From the NCBI GenBank assembly GCA_004022145.1, contig RCNU01000001.1: a stretch of DNA of 64,000 bases; one strand, written 5' to 3'. Positions 1 through 14,554 of this stretch are shown here, piece by piece (position 1 is the first letter of the stretch; the number at the start of each line of letters is the position of its first letter). The stretch is from Paecilomyces variotii (taxonomy: Eukaryota). The notes under the pieces were generated by a model, which saw only the letters and a list, made by a program, of their open reading frames with translations, was not told the DNA's origin and did no database searches. Made by a program: the position numbers and the translations under genes.

Positions 1-365
1 AGAAGAACCATACCCTGGCCATATCATTAAAAACGGATTAAGAAAAAGAAAAAACAAAGAGAAGATCCAAAATATAAACTTGAAAGTTGGGGTTGTTGTG
101 CAATGAGTTAGTTAGTAGTTAGGACAAGAGTTCAAGAGAAGAGATGTCATTCCATGGTCTTTTCCCGAAGAGGAAACCCAGCTCTTGATCTCTCCACCAC
201 CGAAACTCACGCTGGAAACTCCGAACCCCTCAGCGTCTGCGTTCGACTTCTGGTAACAACAAAACGCAAACCCCCACCAGAGCATCCAATGTCACCTGCC
301 TGAGAGCCGACCTGAATTGGCCCTGCTCTACTGGGCAGTGAAATAATCAAGAAATAAAATCAAAT

Positions 366-1316
366 ATGGCCGACAAAACGCCCGCGGCGTAAGTCGCTCT
401 CTATCTTTATTCACTTTCCCCGCGCTATTCCTCCTGAAATCCACTGACAAGCTCCAACTGCAACCAGTGCGCAAGCGCAGACCAATCCACGCGGAATTCC
501 AGTCGCTCCCTTCGTCGACAATGTGTCAGATTACGTCTCGTCTCGCGCGGACGTCGAGCCCACACTCCGCTCGTTCCAGGAAATGATTGCAAAGTATCAG
601 TTCATGGAAGTAAACACGCAGCGACGGGCAGCGGGGTTACGGGAAAAGATTCCGGATATCAAGAAGACATCAGAGACTGTGAAGTTCTTGAAGTTGCGCA
701 GGAAGGTGAGATTGCGTCTTCTTTGCCCCATACCATATATCTCTGGTCCAGTTGGAGCTGGAGATAATATACTATTCACACGCACAGAGGGGAATGTTAT
801 ATATTTATATCCATGGACATCATTACTGAGCTGTTACTTTTACCCACCCAGGCTGGATCAGAAGAACCTCTCCTTACCAACTTCGAGCTCAACGACACCC
901 TCTATGCTCGCGCGACTGTCTCCCCTGCCGACACTGAAGAGGTGTATCTCTGGCTTGGTGCCAACGTGATGCTGGCATACCCACTTGATGAGGCTGAGAC
1001 TATGCTGGAAGAGAAGCTCCGTGCCGCAGAGTCAAGCTTGAAGAACTGCGAGGAGGATTTGGAGTTCCTGAGGGAACAGATCACGGTACGTTAAAACCCT
1101 CCCGAACACACATACACAACGCATGATATTCGACTTTTATAGTCTGGATAGACATCCCCAACAAGACAAAAAAAACTAACAATAATCAATAAAATCTAGA
1201 CCCTTGAAGTTGCGACCGCGCGCGTATATAATTGGGATGTCGTACAGAGACGGAAAGAGAAAGCAGAAGGCAAGGGCGGAGACGATGAAGATGTTAAGGC
1301 TGGTCCGGCCGGTTAG
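366..1316 (+). CDS. PAC10: Prefoldin subunit 3 (spliced, ~4 exons)
   Basis: Exons give TNPRGIPVAPFVDNV...FQEMIAKYQFME and FELNDTLYARA...VYLWLGANVMLAYP...LEFLREQIT|TLEVATARVYNWDV, typical of prefoldin-3/VBP1. GT-AG introns; ATG 366, TAG 1314-1316. Confidence 0.93.
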
Positions 1317-1733
1317 TAGTCGGATTTGAGAACAGGAAATTTCAAATTAGCAGTTTTAAGGCAGCTCCGTTTTGGGGGAGGACGAATAGCGATCCTGATC
1401 TATGGTTTTATAGAAAAGTAGTCGGTTTTCTTAAAAATCAACCTTTACGAAATACTTTAACCTTTAGCCCTGTGTGCGTCAGGCAAGCAGGGTAGTTATT
1501 ATTATGATCTCCTATTTATACGTCCAGTCTATGTGGTCTGGATTCGAAAAGTTGCGCTGCAACATATTTTTATCATCGTCATTGTATCTAATTCGTGAAA
1601 GCTATTTACAAAGTCGAATGCGGCATCTTTCATGCCGGCGGACTTGCGTTTCATCAGAAGATTTACCCAGTTGGTGGGTGTTCCATCATGGTCAGAACAA
1701 GTTCTTCGACTGGGGCCTGTTTCAGGGAGCGAA

Positions 1734-3908
1734 TTACTGCTCTCCTGCCAACACCCTCCAGAGCATCTTCACTTCATCCTCTTCTTCTTTCGATCCCGGC
1801 TCTGTGCCTGCCCCATATCGCTGCCCAATGACGCAAACGAGCCAGACATCATTCTTGGTCTCGTCGATGAAACGTTCAGTGGGAGATCCGCGGGGATAGA
1901 CACGGCGCCATTCATCCCAGATGCGGAATGCCTCTTCACCCCAGGCGCGGAAGCTGACTTCCTCGATAATGGTTGGGGTAATAATCTCCTTGCCTTTGAA
2001 GACACCCCATGTCACTGCGTTCACGCCATTGTGCACTTGATCTCTCTCGGATTCATCTCCATTGGACTGGGTGGAGATGTAGGACTCTAGTTCACCGGTT
2101 GCGTTAGTTGCGAACCAGGCAAATTCTTCGTCGCCATATTTCTGAAGAAGAGGTTTGAGAATAGTTTGGTAGTCTTTGTTCGGACAGAAGAACTCGACGA
2201 ATGGCTTTTGGAAGACAAAGCCCTCTTTCTGGGGACCCCAGCCATAGGTAGGGTCGTCACTTCGGACACCGTTAACCGCAGGTTGGGACGCCACTGTCCA
2301 CCAGCCTCGACCCTCGATCAGCTTCAAAAGCTCGGGACGGATTGTCAGAGTTTCAGGATTCAGGCCACCAGAATTTTCTTCCGCTCCTCCCTCCGACCAT
2401 GGCACCATGTGCAGTTCACCAGAGACGTGTCGGCGAAACAAGGTGCTGATATCATCACGAGAGACAGGGTAACCCCAAATTCGACGAGCTACAGCAGCAG
2501 ACACGTGAAGTGATGGACCATAGCCATCGATCTCTCCGAATGCAGGAGATCGAGCATCACCCCAGCGTCCATTGGGGAAGTCATCCCATGTGGCTTCCCG
2601 ACCGAGAGAGCCAAGACCCTCGGAGATCTGTAGCGTTGTACTGCGAGGTGGTGGGTTCAGTGCTGGCAAACCAGCACTGAGAGCAGCGGTTTCATGCGTG
2701 GTGGAGCCTCTGGAAGAGCCATCCGAGGGTACAGATGGTTTGTCAACAATCAGACGGTTGTGAGGCTGCGAGTTGATGGAGGAAGCTCGACGCCTAGAGA
2801 ATGAACGCTTCTGGACCTCAGTTAGAGGTGCATCTTTGGGAGCCTCCACAATTACAACGCCATCCGCATCTCGATCATCGTCATCAGCTGCGTCAGTTGA
2901 TGGCGGAATAAGATCGCACCGCTCGAGGATAAATGACACGGATTTCTCAAGATTCAGCGTATAGAAGTGAAAGCCACGAGGTCCTGGGCACGGTAGATCC
3001 TTCATCTTGTCCACTATCTCGCTCACAATGTCGACACCAGTGCGCTTCACTGCATCGTCGTCGGTCTTGACTTTCTCGATCCGAGACAGGACATCCTTCG
3101 GAACCTTGACATGACTCAGCTTTGTCACTCTCGTCAGGATGTTGTAGCTCTGGATAGGCATAAGACCAGGTATGATAGGAATGGTCTTGAAGACACCAGA
3201 CTCATGGTTCCTCAGTAGATCTTCGAACTTCCTGTACGCATCGATATCGTATGTCAATTGGGTCATGATGAAATCCGCACCGGCCGTGGTCTTTTCGATC
3301 AGATAGGGCAGGTCATGCTCTGGCGATTGAGGATCCTGGACAGATTCGCCCGGATGACCTTCAGGATAAGCTGCAACTCCAATGCAGAAGTAGTCTCCGT
3401 GCACCTTCCGGATATATCGAACGAGATCAACCGCATACTTGAACTCCTTATTGCTGTCATCCTCTCCATGCATGTTGTACTCTTCGCTGCGAGGAGGGTC
3501 ACCGCGCAGTGCAAGGATATTCCTTATTCCCAGAACCTTTGCTTCCTCCAGTGCCTCGTCAACCAGCTTCCGGTCCATGTTTGTACAGGTAAGATGCAGA
3601 CATGTCGTGAGCTGCAGCTGTCGCTGGCAGATCTCCGCCAGCTCCAGCGACTTCGCCGCGGTCGTGCCTCCAGCACCCCATGTAACCGTCACGAAGAGAG
3701 GACGGAGGGCTTGAGCCATACGCTCCAGACGAGCCTGCAAGTTGGCAGAACCCTGAATAGCACATGAATGTCAGCCATGTTCAACTCGACCATCGCCGCG
3801 GGGTAGAATGGACGACCCCACCATCTGAGTCTTTGGGGGGAAGAACTCCAGCGAGAAGAAGTTCGCATCTGGCGGCAGCGCCGCGATCTTGTCTGTGATC
3901 TTCTCCAT
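1734..3908 (-). CDS. MET12: Methylenetetrahydrofolate reductase (Met12/MetA-like paralog)
   Basis: Exon 1 MEKITDKIAALPPDANFFSLEFFPPKT, one intron, then the 668-aa ORF with VTWGAGG, HLTCTN, LALRGDPP, AAYPEGHP, WDDFPNGRWGD and NAVTWGVF. Assignment to the Met12 paralog is by recognition. Confidence 0.93.
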
Positions 3909-5002
3909 AATGCCAGGCGCGTGTCTGTGAGTTATGACGGCCTGCGTCGTGAAGTCCCCAGCTGTTGGAGATTTTTCAGGTGTTGCAGTTTAAAGTCCGG
4001 AAAACGAACGCTTGGCCGACGTCCTCCCCGGAACTTACATCGAACTCTGGACGGGAATTTCTGAGTTAAGTGCTTAGCAACTGTGACTTTTCTGTCCAAT
4101 TATCTGCGGAGAAATAAAATTCAAATATAGCGGATTATCAGTGTGGACATCCAATATCCAGACAGTTTTCAGCCAGCCGCATTGAACTCAATCGGCAATT
4201 GTACGCTGCTGGCTGCCGACAGCAACATTTGGCTGTTATTTTCTCAAGTCACAACTCGAAACGTACAGTAACAACCAGAAAGAAATCTGTATATAATAGA
4301 CCAGAACACGGGAAGAGCTGCGCTACTATCCTGTCCATAAAATTCAAATATATACGATTCCATTGACAACGTCACAGCCATATTCAGCATCCCACCACCA
4401 ACTCCATGCCTCAGTTTTTCTTCAATCAAACCGCTGGATCGTCTCCACAATCCACTCGAAGCGTCCATCTTCCGCTATCTGAGCGAATTGATTCTATTTA
4501 TGCTAAATGCAATAATGGGTGCCTGCAGCACATCAATCAGATATAAAGATGCTGCCTGTGATCAGATGGTCGATCCCGAGCATCATGGCACTAACTCCGC
4601 AGCTACTAGCTAGACTACTCGTGAACTACGTATTAGGACGGAGTAGCAATCCAATGCATGCTTTTGTGACTCGTCTAATCAACTTCCATTCTGCCTAGGC
4701 GATAAGTATGAAGAACAAACAGAACAAACATGATCCATCGCGACGACTGAAGATGGAAGAATTCAATATGAGCGACATTCTCTGAATCCTCGCGATATAA
4801 TACTAAAGCAGTGACTCCATCATGCAGTACTAATCTTGAGACTGCAACTGACCCAGTTGAGCGGGTGTTCTACTGATATTCTATACGTCTTTAAGCAGAT
4901 ATTCAAATCGCAATATATCTATCTGCCTCTACGTTCAACATTCCCCAGTGCCAAATGATTAAGCTACTACGGTACTTCGTCAATTGATTCAAATCCTACA
5001 AC

Positions 5003-5626
5003 ATGGCATCCAATTTCCTACGTCCTCTACGATTCCGTCCTCTTATCAAATCCTGTCCTCGCCGATCCCTATCGACTCCTCCACCGCCCTCGTCCCAACC
5101 AGCGCGCGACTCCTATTCGCGCCTTCGCCGCTTCAACGAACGTCTTCCGTCGTTTCTACGACCGTATACGGCCCCTCTCTTTGGCGCACCAGTCACGCAT
5201 ATCACCTCTTTCCTGATACTACACGAGATCACAGCCGTGGTGCCGCTCTTCGGCCTCGTAGGGGCATTCCATTATGCTGGTTGGACGCCGGACTCGAGTT
5301 CTTGGGTTGGCGAGGGAGGAGCTTTCGATGAAGGCGTGAAGAGCTTCGGAAGGTGGCTGAGAAAGAAGGGCTGGGTGGAGGAGAGCGATGTGGACGTTTT
5401 AGCGGGAACAGGGAATACAGCAAGCAGTGGGCCAGAGCAGCCGGAGCTTAGGGGTGCTGAAAGCAAAGGAGTGCGCTTGCTTCTGGAGTTTGCGACAGCA
5501 TATGCGATCACAAAGGCATTGTTGCCAGTTCGGATTGCAGCGAGTGTATGGGCTACACCCTGGTTTGCAAGAACGGTTGTCGGACCAGTGGGAAGTTTAG
5601 CCAAAAAAGTCTTTGTTCGCAGGTAA
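5003..5626 (+). CDS. MRX11: FLILHELTA-family mitochondrial protein (Mrx11-like)
   Basis: Single-exon 207 aa. Arg-rich presequence-like N-terminus, SFLILHEITAVVP motif, and EFATAYAITKALLPVRIAASVWATPWFAR. Confidence 0.82.
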   Translation: MASNFLRPLRFRPLIKSCPRRSLSTPPPPSSQPARDSYSRLRRFNERLPSFLRPYTAPLFGAPVTHITSFLILHEITAVVPLFGLVGAFHYAGWTPDSSSWVGEGGAFDEGVKSFGRWLRKKGWVEESDVDVLAGTGNTASSGPEQPELRGAESKGVRLLLEFATAYAITKALLPVRIAASVWATPWFARTVVGPVGSLAKKVFVRR

Positions 5627-5843
5627 ATCATGAATACTCTGGCAGATAGGAGTAAGAATCTCCGGTCCTCTGCTAGTATCTACTGAATATATGATATTCT
5701 TGGCGTGGGAAGAAGCAGTCCATAAACAATGGAAGGGTTTCTATTTCTCATTGATCACTTCTATTTTGTATTTAAGATTCCTTGGCCGTCATGACTTATG
5801 CGGCTGCAGAGATCTCGTTTCGAGGTCCTTAGATCGAGATAAT

Positions 5844-6737
5844 TTAAGGCTTCTCGTAGATCCAGTCCTGCTGGGAGTGCTTGTACTCGATGACCTCACC
5901 CTGGCCGAACCAAAGGGCGATCTCCTTCTTGGCGTTCTCGACGCTGTCGGAGCCGTGGCAGACGTTGCGGCCGACGTCCTGTTTGACCTGTGTAAGTATG
6001 GTTGAAAACGGGCTAAGGCGTCTAGAAAAGACTTACAATGGCGTAGTCACCACGGATGGTGCCAGGAGCGGAGGCAAGGGGGTTGGTGGCACCGAGGATG
6101 GCTGTAGATAGATGTTAGACTCGAAAAGCATCATGATTTTCCGGATAGGTGGTACGTACCACGACCGGTCTTGACGACCTCACGGCCCTCCCAGACCATG
6201 GCGACAATGGGGCCGCTCAGCATGTCTAGATAACGTGTCAGTTACGATCTGCGGTTTGACTAGAAAACCTCCAGAGGGAGAACGTACAGGTGACGAGACC
6301 CTTGAAGAAGGGCTTGTCGGAGAGGTCAGAGTAGTGCTTCTCGAGGTGCTCCTGGGAGGGAGTAACGAGCTTCAGGGCGACGAGCTTGAAGCTGCAGAGA
6401 TATCAGTATATAAATCTTCTTCTCGTTCATACGGAAGGCTGAAGCAACTCACCCACGCTGCTCGAAGCGGCTGATGATGGGGCCGACGAGTCCACGCTGG
6501 GAACCATTAGTCGACAATACAATCGCAGGAAGGCAATCGAGCAGAAGCTGTGCTGTCTACTCGACGCTATAATATTCATACCTGGACACCATCGGGCTTG
6601 ATGGCAATGAAGCTGTACAACCGTTAGCCTGACCGCTCTGGATGAGGGGCAACGAAAAAGTTGTGGAGGGGCAGAGGGGTATAGAGGGGCAGGATGGAGA
6701 AGATGGGATGAATAACATACGTCTGCTCGTTGGACAT
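5844..6737 (-). CDS. NDK1: Nucleoside diphosphate kinase (7 exons)
   Basis: Spliced reading [34 protein letters not shown]...[11 protein letters not shown]...[10 protein letters not shown]...WIYEKP*. Contains the catalytic His motif; six GT-AG introns. Confidence 0.95.
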
Positions 6738-7129
6738 TTTGATTGATGTGTGTAAAGGACGACTGGAAGGTCGGTCAATGGAGTTAACAAAAAGGCTGGA
6801 GAGGTGAAAGGAGATACATCCCAAGGGTTGGGCGGGCAATGGCTGAGTTGGCGAAAATATATACGGGCAGTCCGGCGACGACGGTCTGGTGCTGTGGGGC
6901 TTTGGAGGGGTTGTCGTCGAGCCCTTTTTGGGTTTGGGCCGTCTCGGGCTGTTTGGCTTGTTTGGCTTCCCCGGCTTAGCTCTGGACACGCTTCGAAGCT
7001 CCTGTAGAGCTCTTGGTATATACACCTGTTGGCCGACACGACCGGTCGATGGAGGCCAGCAGATTTTGTGTTTAGGAGTCTGTATTCTGCAAGGCCTCAG
7101 CATCTGCTGCTTGGACCTTGAGTGTGATC

Positions 7130-10126
7130 ATGGCGCGCAGTCTACATGCGGCCCCTAGATGGGCGCTGTTGCTTTCCCTAGTGATACTGCTTAGCTGTCT
7201 TATCAGCCCCGGAGGTGAGTGAGCATCCATTATCCATCCATCCCAAGTCAATGCCGCTCTGACTTCATCATCTAGCCGCTGTCAAGCACGAAAACTTCAA
7301 GAAATGTGACCAATCGGGTTTCTGTAAGCGGAATAGAGCCTACGCGGACGATGTTTACGCCAAGGGCTCCTCTTGGTCGTCGCCCTATGAGCTCGATTCG
7401 AATTCCATCCAATTCAAGGACGGTCAGTTGCAAGGTGTCATTCTGAAGACCGTGTCTGCGGGTGAGAAGGTCCGGCTACCTCTCACTGTTTCCTTCCTCG
7501 AGTCTGGTGTCGCTCGCGTTGTTGTAGATGAGGAGAAGAGGACCAAGGGAGACATCGAGCTCCGTCACGAGAGCAAAGCGCGCAAGCAGCGATACAACGA
7601 GGCCGGTAAATGGGCGTTGGTCGGTGGACTGGAGCTGAGCAAGTCCGCTTCATTGGACCCGGAAACAGAAGCTGGTGTCACCAAGGTCCTCTACGGCCCC
7701 GAGCAAAAGTTCCAAGCCATCATTCGCCATGCACCCTTTGAGGTGGACTTCCAGCGAGATGGTGAAACACACGTGAAGTTCAATGACCGCGGTTACCTGA
7801 ATGTTGAGCACTGGAGAGCAAAGGTCGATGAACCGAAAGAGGATCAGGCTGAGGACCAGAGTACTTGGTGGGAGGAGTCTTTTGGCGGCAACACCGATTC
7901 GAAACCAAAAGGCCCAGAGAGTGTGGGACTTGACATCACGTTCCCTGGCTATGTGCATGTTTTTGGAATTCCAGAACATGCTGATTCTCTCTCCTTGAAG
8001 GAGACCAGGTAGCTAAACTCGTTCCTTCTTGCTTTCTCGGTGGAACTAACAAATCGATCAGGGGTGGTTCTGGAAACCATGATGAGCCTTATCGGTTGTA
8101 TAACAGCGATGTCTTCGAGTATGAACTCAACAGCCCAATGACTCTTTACGGTGCGATTCCGTTCATGCAGGCACATCGCAAGGACTCCACGGTCGGTGTA
8201 TTCTGGCTCAATGCCGCAGAGACATGGGTGGATATCGTCAAATCGAAGACGTCTGCCAATCCTCTCTCGCTGGGCGTGGGCGCTAAAACGACGACCCAGA
8301 CCCATTGGTTTTCCGAGTCTGGTCAGCTCGATGTATTTGTCTTCCTGGGTCCCACACCGCAGGATCTGAGCAAGACCTACGGAGAGCTCACGGGATACAC
8401 TCAGCTGCCTCAGCAGTTCGCCATTGCCTATCATCAATGCCGATGGAATTATGTGACGGATGAAGATGTCAAAGATGTGGACCGCAAGTTCGACCGATAC
8501 CAGATCCCTTACGATGTCATCTGGCTCGATATCGAATACACCGACGGCAAGAAATATTTCACTTGGGATCCTCTTACCTTCCCTAACCCGGAAGGTATGC
8601 AGGGACAACTGGACGAGTCGGAGCGGAAACTTGTCATCATCCTGGACCCTCACATCAAGAATGAGGCTAACTACCCGATTGTGGATGACCTGAAGAGCAA
8701 AAACCTTGGTGTCAGGAATAAGGACGGTGATCTCTACGAGGGTTGGTGTTGGCCGGGTTCTTCTCACTGGGTCGACTGCTTCAACCCTGCGGCCATTGAT
8801 TGGTGGGCTAGCCTGTTCAAGTACGACAAGTTCAAAGGCACGCTCCGCAACATGTTCGTCTGGAACGATATGAATGAACCCTCCGTCTTTAATGGGCCTG
8901 AGACCACTATGCCTAAGGACAACATCCACTACGGAGATTGGGAGCACCGTGACATTCATAACGTAAACGGTATGACTCTTGTCAATGCCACATATAAGGG
9001 ACTTCTGGAGCGGAAGAAGGGTGAGGTGCGTCGACCGTTCGTCCTGACGCGGTCCTTCTACGCTGGAACTCAGCGCCTGGGTGCCATGTGGACTGGTGAT
9101 AACCAGGCTAACTGGGACCATCTGGCGGCTTCTCTGCCTATGGTTCTGAACAATGGTATCGCCGGATTTCCTTTCGCCGGCGCTGATGTCGGTGGTTTCT
9201 TTGGTAATCCTAGCAAGGATCTCTTGACTAGATGGTATCAGGCTGGTATCTGGTATCCCTTCTTCCGCGCACACGCCCACATCGACACCCGCAGGAGAGA
9301 GCCTTACCTTGCTGGAGAACCGTACACAGCAATCATCTCGCAAGCGATCCGTCTCCGTTACCAGCTTCTCCCCGCGTGGTATACGGCCTTCCACGAGGCT
9401 TCCGTCAACGGAACTCCTATTGTCAGGCCTCAGTACTACGTGCATCCGTCTGATGAGCATGGTTTTGCACTTGACGACCAGCTCTACCTGGGATCCACCG
9501 GTCTTCTCGCAAAGCCCGTAGTGACTGAGGGGGCGACCTCGGTGGACATCTACATTGCGGACGATGAGAAGTACTATGACTACTTCGACTACACGGTCTA
9601 CCAGGGAGGGCGCAAGAAGCATATTGTTCCCGCTCCTCTGGAGAAGGTCCCGCTCCTGATGCAGGGAGGTCACATCATTCCCCGGAAGGACCGTCCCCGC
9701 CGTAGCAGTGGATTGATGAAGTGGGATCCGTACACTCTTGTCGTAACCTTGGACAAGAACGGTCAAGCCGAGGGCACTCTCTATGTTGACGATGGAGAGA
9801 CGTTCGATTTCGAGCGTGGCGCATACATCCACCGTCGATTCTCTTTCAGCGATTCGACCTTGGCTTCGGAGAATCTTGGAACCAAGGGTCCAAAGACCGC
9901 GGAATATCTGAAGGCCATGTCTGGTGTCCGCGTCGAGAAGATCGTTATCGTGGACGCCCCTCAGCAGTGGCAGGAAAAGTCCAGCGTGACTGTGATCGAG
10001 GAGGGAGCGAAATCCGGTTCCACCGCTCCTCTAGAGTTCCACCTGCAGCAAAATGGCAAGGCACCATACGCTATCGTAAAGAACCCTGGTGTCGGTATTG
10101 GAAAGACTTGGAGGATCGAGTTCTAG
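7130..10126 (+). CDS. ROT2: Glucosidase II alpha subunit (GH31)
   Basis: Signal peptide exon, VKHENFKKCDQSGFCKRNR, YHQCRWNY, WLDIEY, catalytic WNDMNEPSVF, WTGDN, GADVGGF, FFRAHAH; two introns. Confidence 0.95.
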
Positions 10127-10741
10127 AGTATGTTCCGTTGTGCGTATCTTGTGCGTTATGTTGTACGTCGTATCCTTTTATGAAGCGTCTCCGACAGTAA
10201 GTTATAGCAAGCTTGGATGAATGATATTGTGATTTCCGCCAGTATATGAGCCCAGTAGAGTAATGAATCATAGCTATAACCAACCTGGGCAGCTTGGCAA
10301 TTGCTTGTTTGTGCATATGTGCTGACATAATCGACATAAGCCGCCAAGACCGGAACCCGTTATGATCGACGGAGCGCCTGGACCTCGAGGCGCCCCTGGC
10401 CCGTTTGGTTTCAGCGGACTTTCGTATCGTCTCTCTGGTTGTCTGTCATTTGGACTTCGGTAGACGTCTCTTTCCTAGACCTGGAAATACGTTGATCGCT
10501 GCATCCTACAACTGCTGCGGCGCACCTCCCTTATTCCGCGGTATAATTCCTCGAGCGATACGGAACCTCCGATCCAACTCACGAGTGTTCTTCTCCGCGA
10601 AGTTGTCGACCGTGGGCACGCGAGCATTCCAGTTTTCAGGTGCGGGAGTCGTACATCAGAAGAAAGCTTTGGCATCCTTGAGCGAGCTTTGTACTCGAAT
10701 CTTTACACTCGAATCTTGAGGACCGGAGACCATTGATCAAC

Positions 10742-11745
10742 ATGGGTCTCATTTCCCTTGCCCTCGAATATGGGGCCCCGTTTTTGTATGTACTCCGCTG
10801 GCCATCGTCCATCTGGAATTGAAGGAGAAATGCTGACTTGGGGCCTTGTGCATAGTCTCATTACATCGCCCATAACATCTTATGCCGATCAAATATACAG
10901 TATACATAGGAACAAGAACTCGGGAGGTTTCTCATTGGACATACCATTGATCATGCTTGTCGCGTCTATATTGAAGTAGGTGTCTTGTTGAAGTGGGATG
11001 GCACATTTCTTTAGCGGCATACTGACTAATTTGACAGGGTCTTTTACTGGTTTGGGGCTTACTATTCTTATTCGCTCTTGATACAAGCGATCATCATGGT
11101 TTTCGTGCAACTCCTTCTACTCAAGGTGGCTTTGGATAACCGACCTGCAACGGGCATCAAGGGTGGCATCGAACATGCACCATTCAGCGAACATGAAAAT
11201 TCGGGGAGGCCGTACAACTTTTGGAAGTGGAGGAACACGAAGCCGTATGTCCATTCCAGCTTCTTGTGACGAAAAAAGCGATCCCTTCGTTTGTTCCGGC
11301 GTGACTAATGTCTTTTTGACACAGGTACTGGACCTTCCTCACCTACTTCTCCCTTGGTCTCCTCTTCATCCACGTCTTTCTGCCGTTTATCTCCCGCTCG
11401 GAATCCTACATCAACCTCCTTGGGGTTGTCGGCCTGGCGGTTGAAGCATTCCTTCCCGTTCCTCAAGTGCTGGCCAACCAACGTTCGCGATCTTGCAAAG
11501 GCTTCCGTCTCTCTGTACTTGCATCATGGATTATTGGTGACCTCATGAAGATGAGCTATTTCTTTGGCAGCAAGCAGGTCATCCCATGGTCATTCCGGAT
11601 GTGCGGTATGTTCCAATGCGTATGCGACTGCTACCTGGGTATCCAATATTGGATGTTCGGAGAGGGTCCCTCAGGGGTCGCCAACAGCCCTAGGCAAAGC
11701 GGCGATCGCTGGGAAGCCGAGGAGAAAGATATTCGGTTGGCCTAG
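10742..11745 (+). CDS. PQ-loop repeat membrane protein (Any1/PQLC1-like)
   Basis: Spliced: SPITSYADQIYSIHRNKNSGGFSLDIPLIMLVASILKVFYW ... EAFLPVPQVLANQRSRSCKGFRLSVLASWIIGD. Confidence 0.85.
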
Positions 11746-12067
11746 ATCCATACCCGGTCCTGCATATATGCCATTTGTTTCATATAGATAATTATAATCA
11801 ATTCCCCGTGATGATGGCGAGGCATAAATAGAATTTCATTTTGATCATAATCGCTCTTTATTGTTAAGTACTGCCGTTTCCGCTTATGGAAGTCTCGGAG
11901 ATTTCGACATGCTGACTTAAACCCCGCCATTATTACCCCACCAGCAACAAGATCTTCGGGAATTCAAACAACCACGACCTCCCAGAGCGCATTGAAGTCG
12001 TCAATTGCGTTGCGCATTATTCTTTTCTAGCTGTCTGATATACTTATCAATTAAAAAGCGCTGAACC

Positions 12068-13273
12068 ATGGCAGCATCGAGGGCGACAATTCGGATCGGC
12101 TACGTGCCAGGTATGACTTCATCTTCGCAACATCTATCTATGTCTCGGTAGAAAACCGCTCGTCAATTATGATCTATATTGTCTACGATTGCGAATATCC
12201 TCTATCCATCCACAAGAAATGAGAAGTCATACGCCAATGGCTAACATGGTTCATAAATAGAGCACTACCTCACCCCTCTCCACCTTGCCGTCCGATCCGC
12301 ATCTTCGCTCCCCTTCAATTTCACCCTCGTTCCCTTCCCGTCTGGCACAGGCCATATGATTACGTGTCTTCGTGAGAAAGAGATTGACATCGGTATTGGT
12401 CTGACGGAAGGATGGGTTGCGGGTCTTACTGGAAAGTCGCAGCTGCACCAGAATGTTGTCTCAGGCGGATACAAGGTTGTCGGCCACTGGGTCGAGACGC
12501 CATTGCGGTGGGCAATCGTGACAGGAAGGGAGAGAGAAGATATCAATAGCGTTAGTGATCTGAAGGGTAGCAGAGTCGGTGTTAGTCGATTGGGAAGGTA
12601 AGAGCTCGTTGTTGCTATGTGTACGTTTATTCACGACGTCTGGATGCTAATATAAACTTGCGTTTGCTTTAGTGGTTCGCACATCATGTCTTTCGTCCTC
12701 TCTCAACAACAAGGCTGGGGCCCCGACTCTCTCAGCACTGTTCCGCTCGGTCCTTTCAGCGACCTTCGTGACGGTGTAACTGGATTCGATGCTAAGAACC
12801 CAGACAAGCCGCCCAAGCCCGCTGCGGAGTTCTTCATGTGGGAGCAGTTCACCACTAAGCCCTACTTCCACCAGACTGCGGACAAGCCCCATCCCCCTCT
12901 CAAGAAGATCGGTGAAATCTATACCCCATGGCCATCGTGGCTGGTTGTTGCCTCCACATCGACTTTCCCCAATCCTGAGAAGGATGAGAATCTGGCAAAG
13001 CTATTTGAAGTCTTAGATCAGGGTATTAAGGAGTTCGAGGGAAATACCGACCAGGCCGTCAAGTTGCTGGGCACTGGAGAACTTGGCTGCACATACACCG
13101 AAGACGACGCCAAGGAATGGTTGAAGGATGTCAGGTTCGCGCAGGGAGGAACGAGGGGTGTCGACAAGAAGGTCATCGAAGGCGTCGTGGACGTTCTGAA
13201 GGTTGCTGGAGTTGTCTCAGAGGATATGAAGAACGATGAGGCTGTCCAGAGAGTTGTCGGAATCTCGAGATAA
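12068..13273 (+). CDS. Periplasmic-binding-protein type II fold protein (NMT1/THI5-like, Ca3427-like family)
   Basis: Spliced: IRIGYVPEHYLTPL...FPSGTGHMITCL...IDIGIGLTEGWVAG...GVSRLGSGSHIMSFVL...FFMWEQFTTKPY...IYTPWPSW. Confidence 0.8.
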
Positions 13274-14551
13274 GCGACTCCATGAACAAGTGATCTCCTT
13301 GGCCTATTTAAATTTGGCAAATAGCCAAACGTTTTGTTCTGGTCAATGAGATTGCGGTCAAGTTGAGAGACTTCTTCTCGTCAGTTACAAGATGCCGTCA
13401 ACCTGCTTCTATGTGTTTCATGAATAAACTTTGATTCCCCATAAAATTCTCATACACGATTACCTGTATATCCCTCTTTCTTTCTCATGCTACATGAACA
13501 AGAACTCAGTTCTTATGGTAATACAATATTAAATCTACGATGTTCACTTGGCATAATTCATACATAGTTCATAATAGACCGCTAGCATGTATAAATTGCC
13601 AGGATGGTCCTGGAGTTAAAGCGCACATTAAGCCTCTACTAGAGCCCTCACTCAGAAGCTGACGATATCTTCCAAACGTGGACAGCAATACACAATTAGT
13701 CGATGGCCAAACTGTCGGTGCTGCAGTTTGGAGGTAGCATGCATGCAGTACCTTGTCATGTTGTCCAACAAATATAACCACCTTCTTTTTCCGCGAAGGT
13801 ATACGTCCATTATTGAAGATTCGGGTAGGCATGCAGTAAAAGGAAGCGCATAATGCTTTGCAACCATCGCATGCGTGTACATTTTTGGGGATGTAACTCC
13901 TGGGATGATAACCAATTCGATGTCGCATTCAGTATGTCTATCATCCATAAGAATCAGTGGCAGAAGAAACCAGCACCTCTACCATATCCCATAACTAAGT
14001 GGAGAAATAACAGACAATGATGTTACGGTTAGTATCCTCAAACTTCCTTTTCGTTCTGGCAGTTGTCGATATCATCACCATGCATAAGCTTTGCAACAGT
14101 GATGCAGCTGGGTCAGTATGCAGAACATCCGGGTGACATTCTATCGAGGTTATCGATGCCAGATAATGAAATCGATCTCATATCAAGTCAAATAAAACAA
14201 CGTTGCCGTACTCCCCAATATCGGCTTATCGGAAGCTTATCGAAGTTACGTGTAGTACCGGACGGTTGAAGACCTTCATCTGCAGAATATTCCATAAGAT
14301 AAGTAATGTAGCATTCAGCAACAACGAGACTGACATGGGTTTGGCTCGTAGTATATCTCTTTATGGAAGATCCTCCTAACTAGCTCATTTAGAGTCCTGG
14401 GATCGACACACGGTTCTACATGTGAAAGGATCAGATTTAAGCCACTCCGGACCCATGATACTAGTCAAGAGATAAGGACTACCGTCGGGAGTTGGATGGA
14501 TCGGAGATTCATCGCCCGCTTTTTTTTTGGGTTCTTGACTAGGGGAGGGAG

Positions 14552-14554
<3 letters not shown>

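Noticed and set aside
7949-9832. 627-aa minus-strand ORF
   Set aside because: Antisense shadow of the codon-biased glucosidase II exon; no recognisable motifs.
13569-13948. Overlapping short minus-strand ORFs
   Set aside because: No recognisable domain or codon bias.
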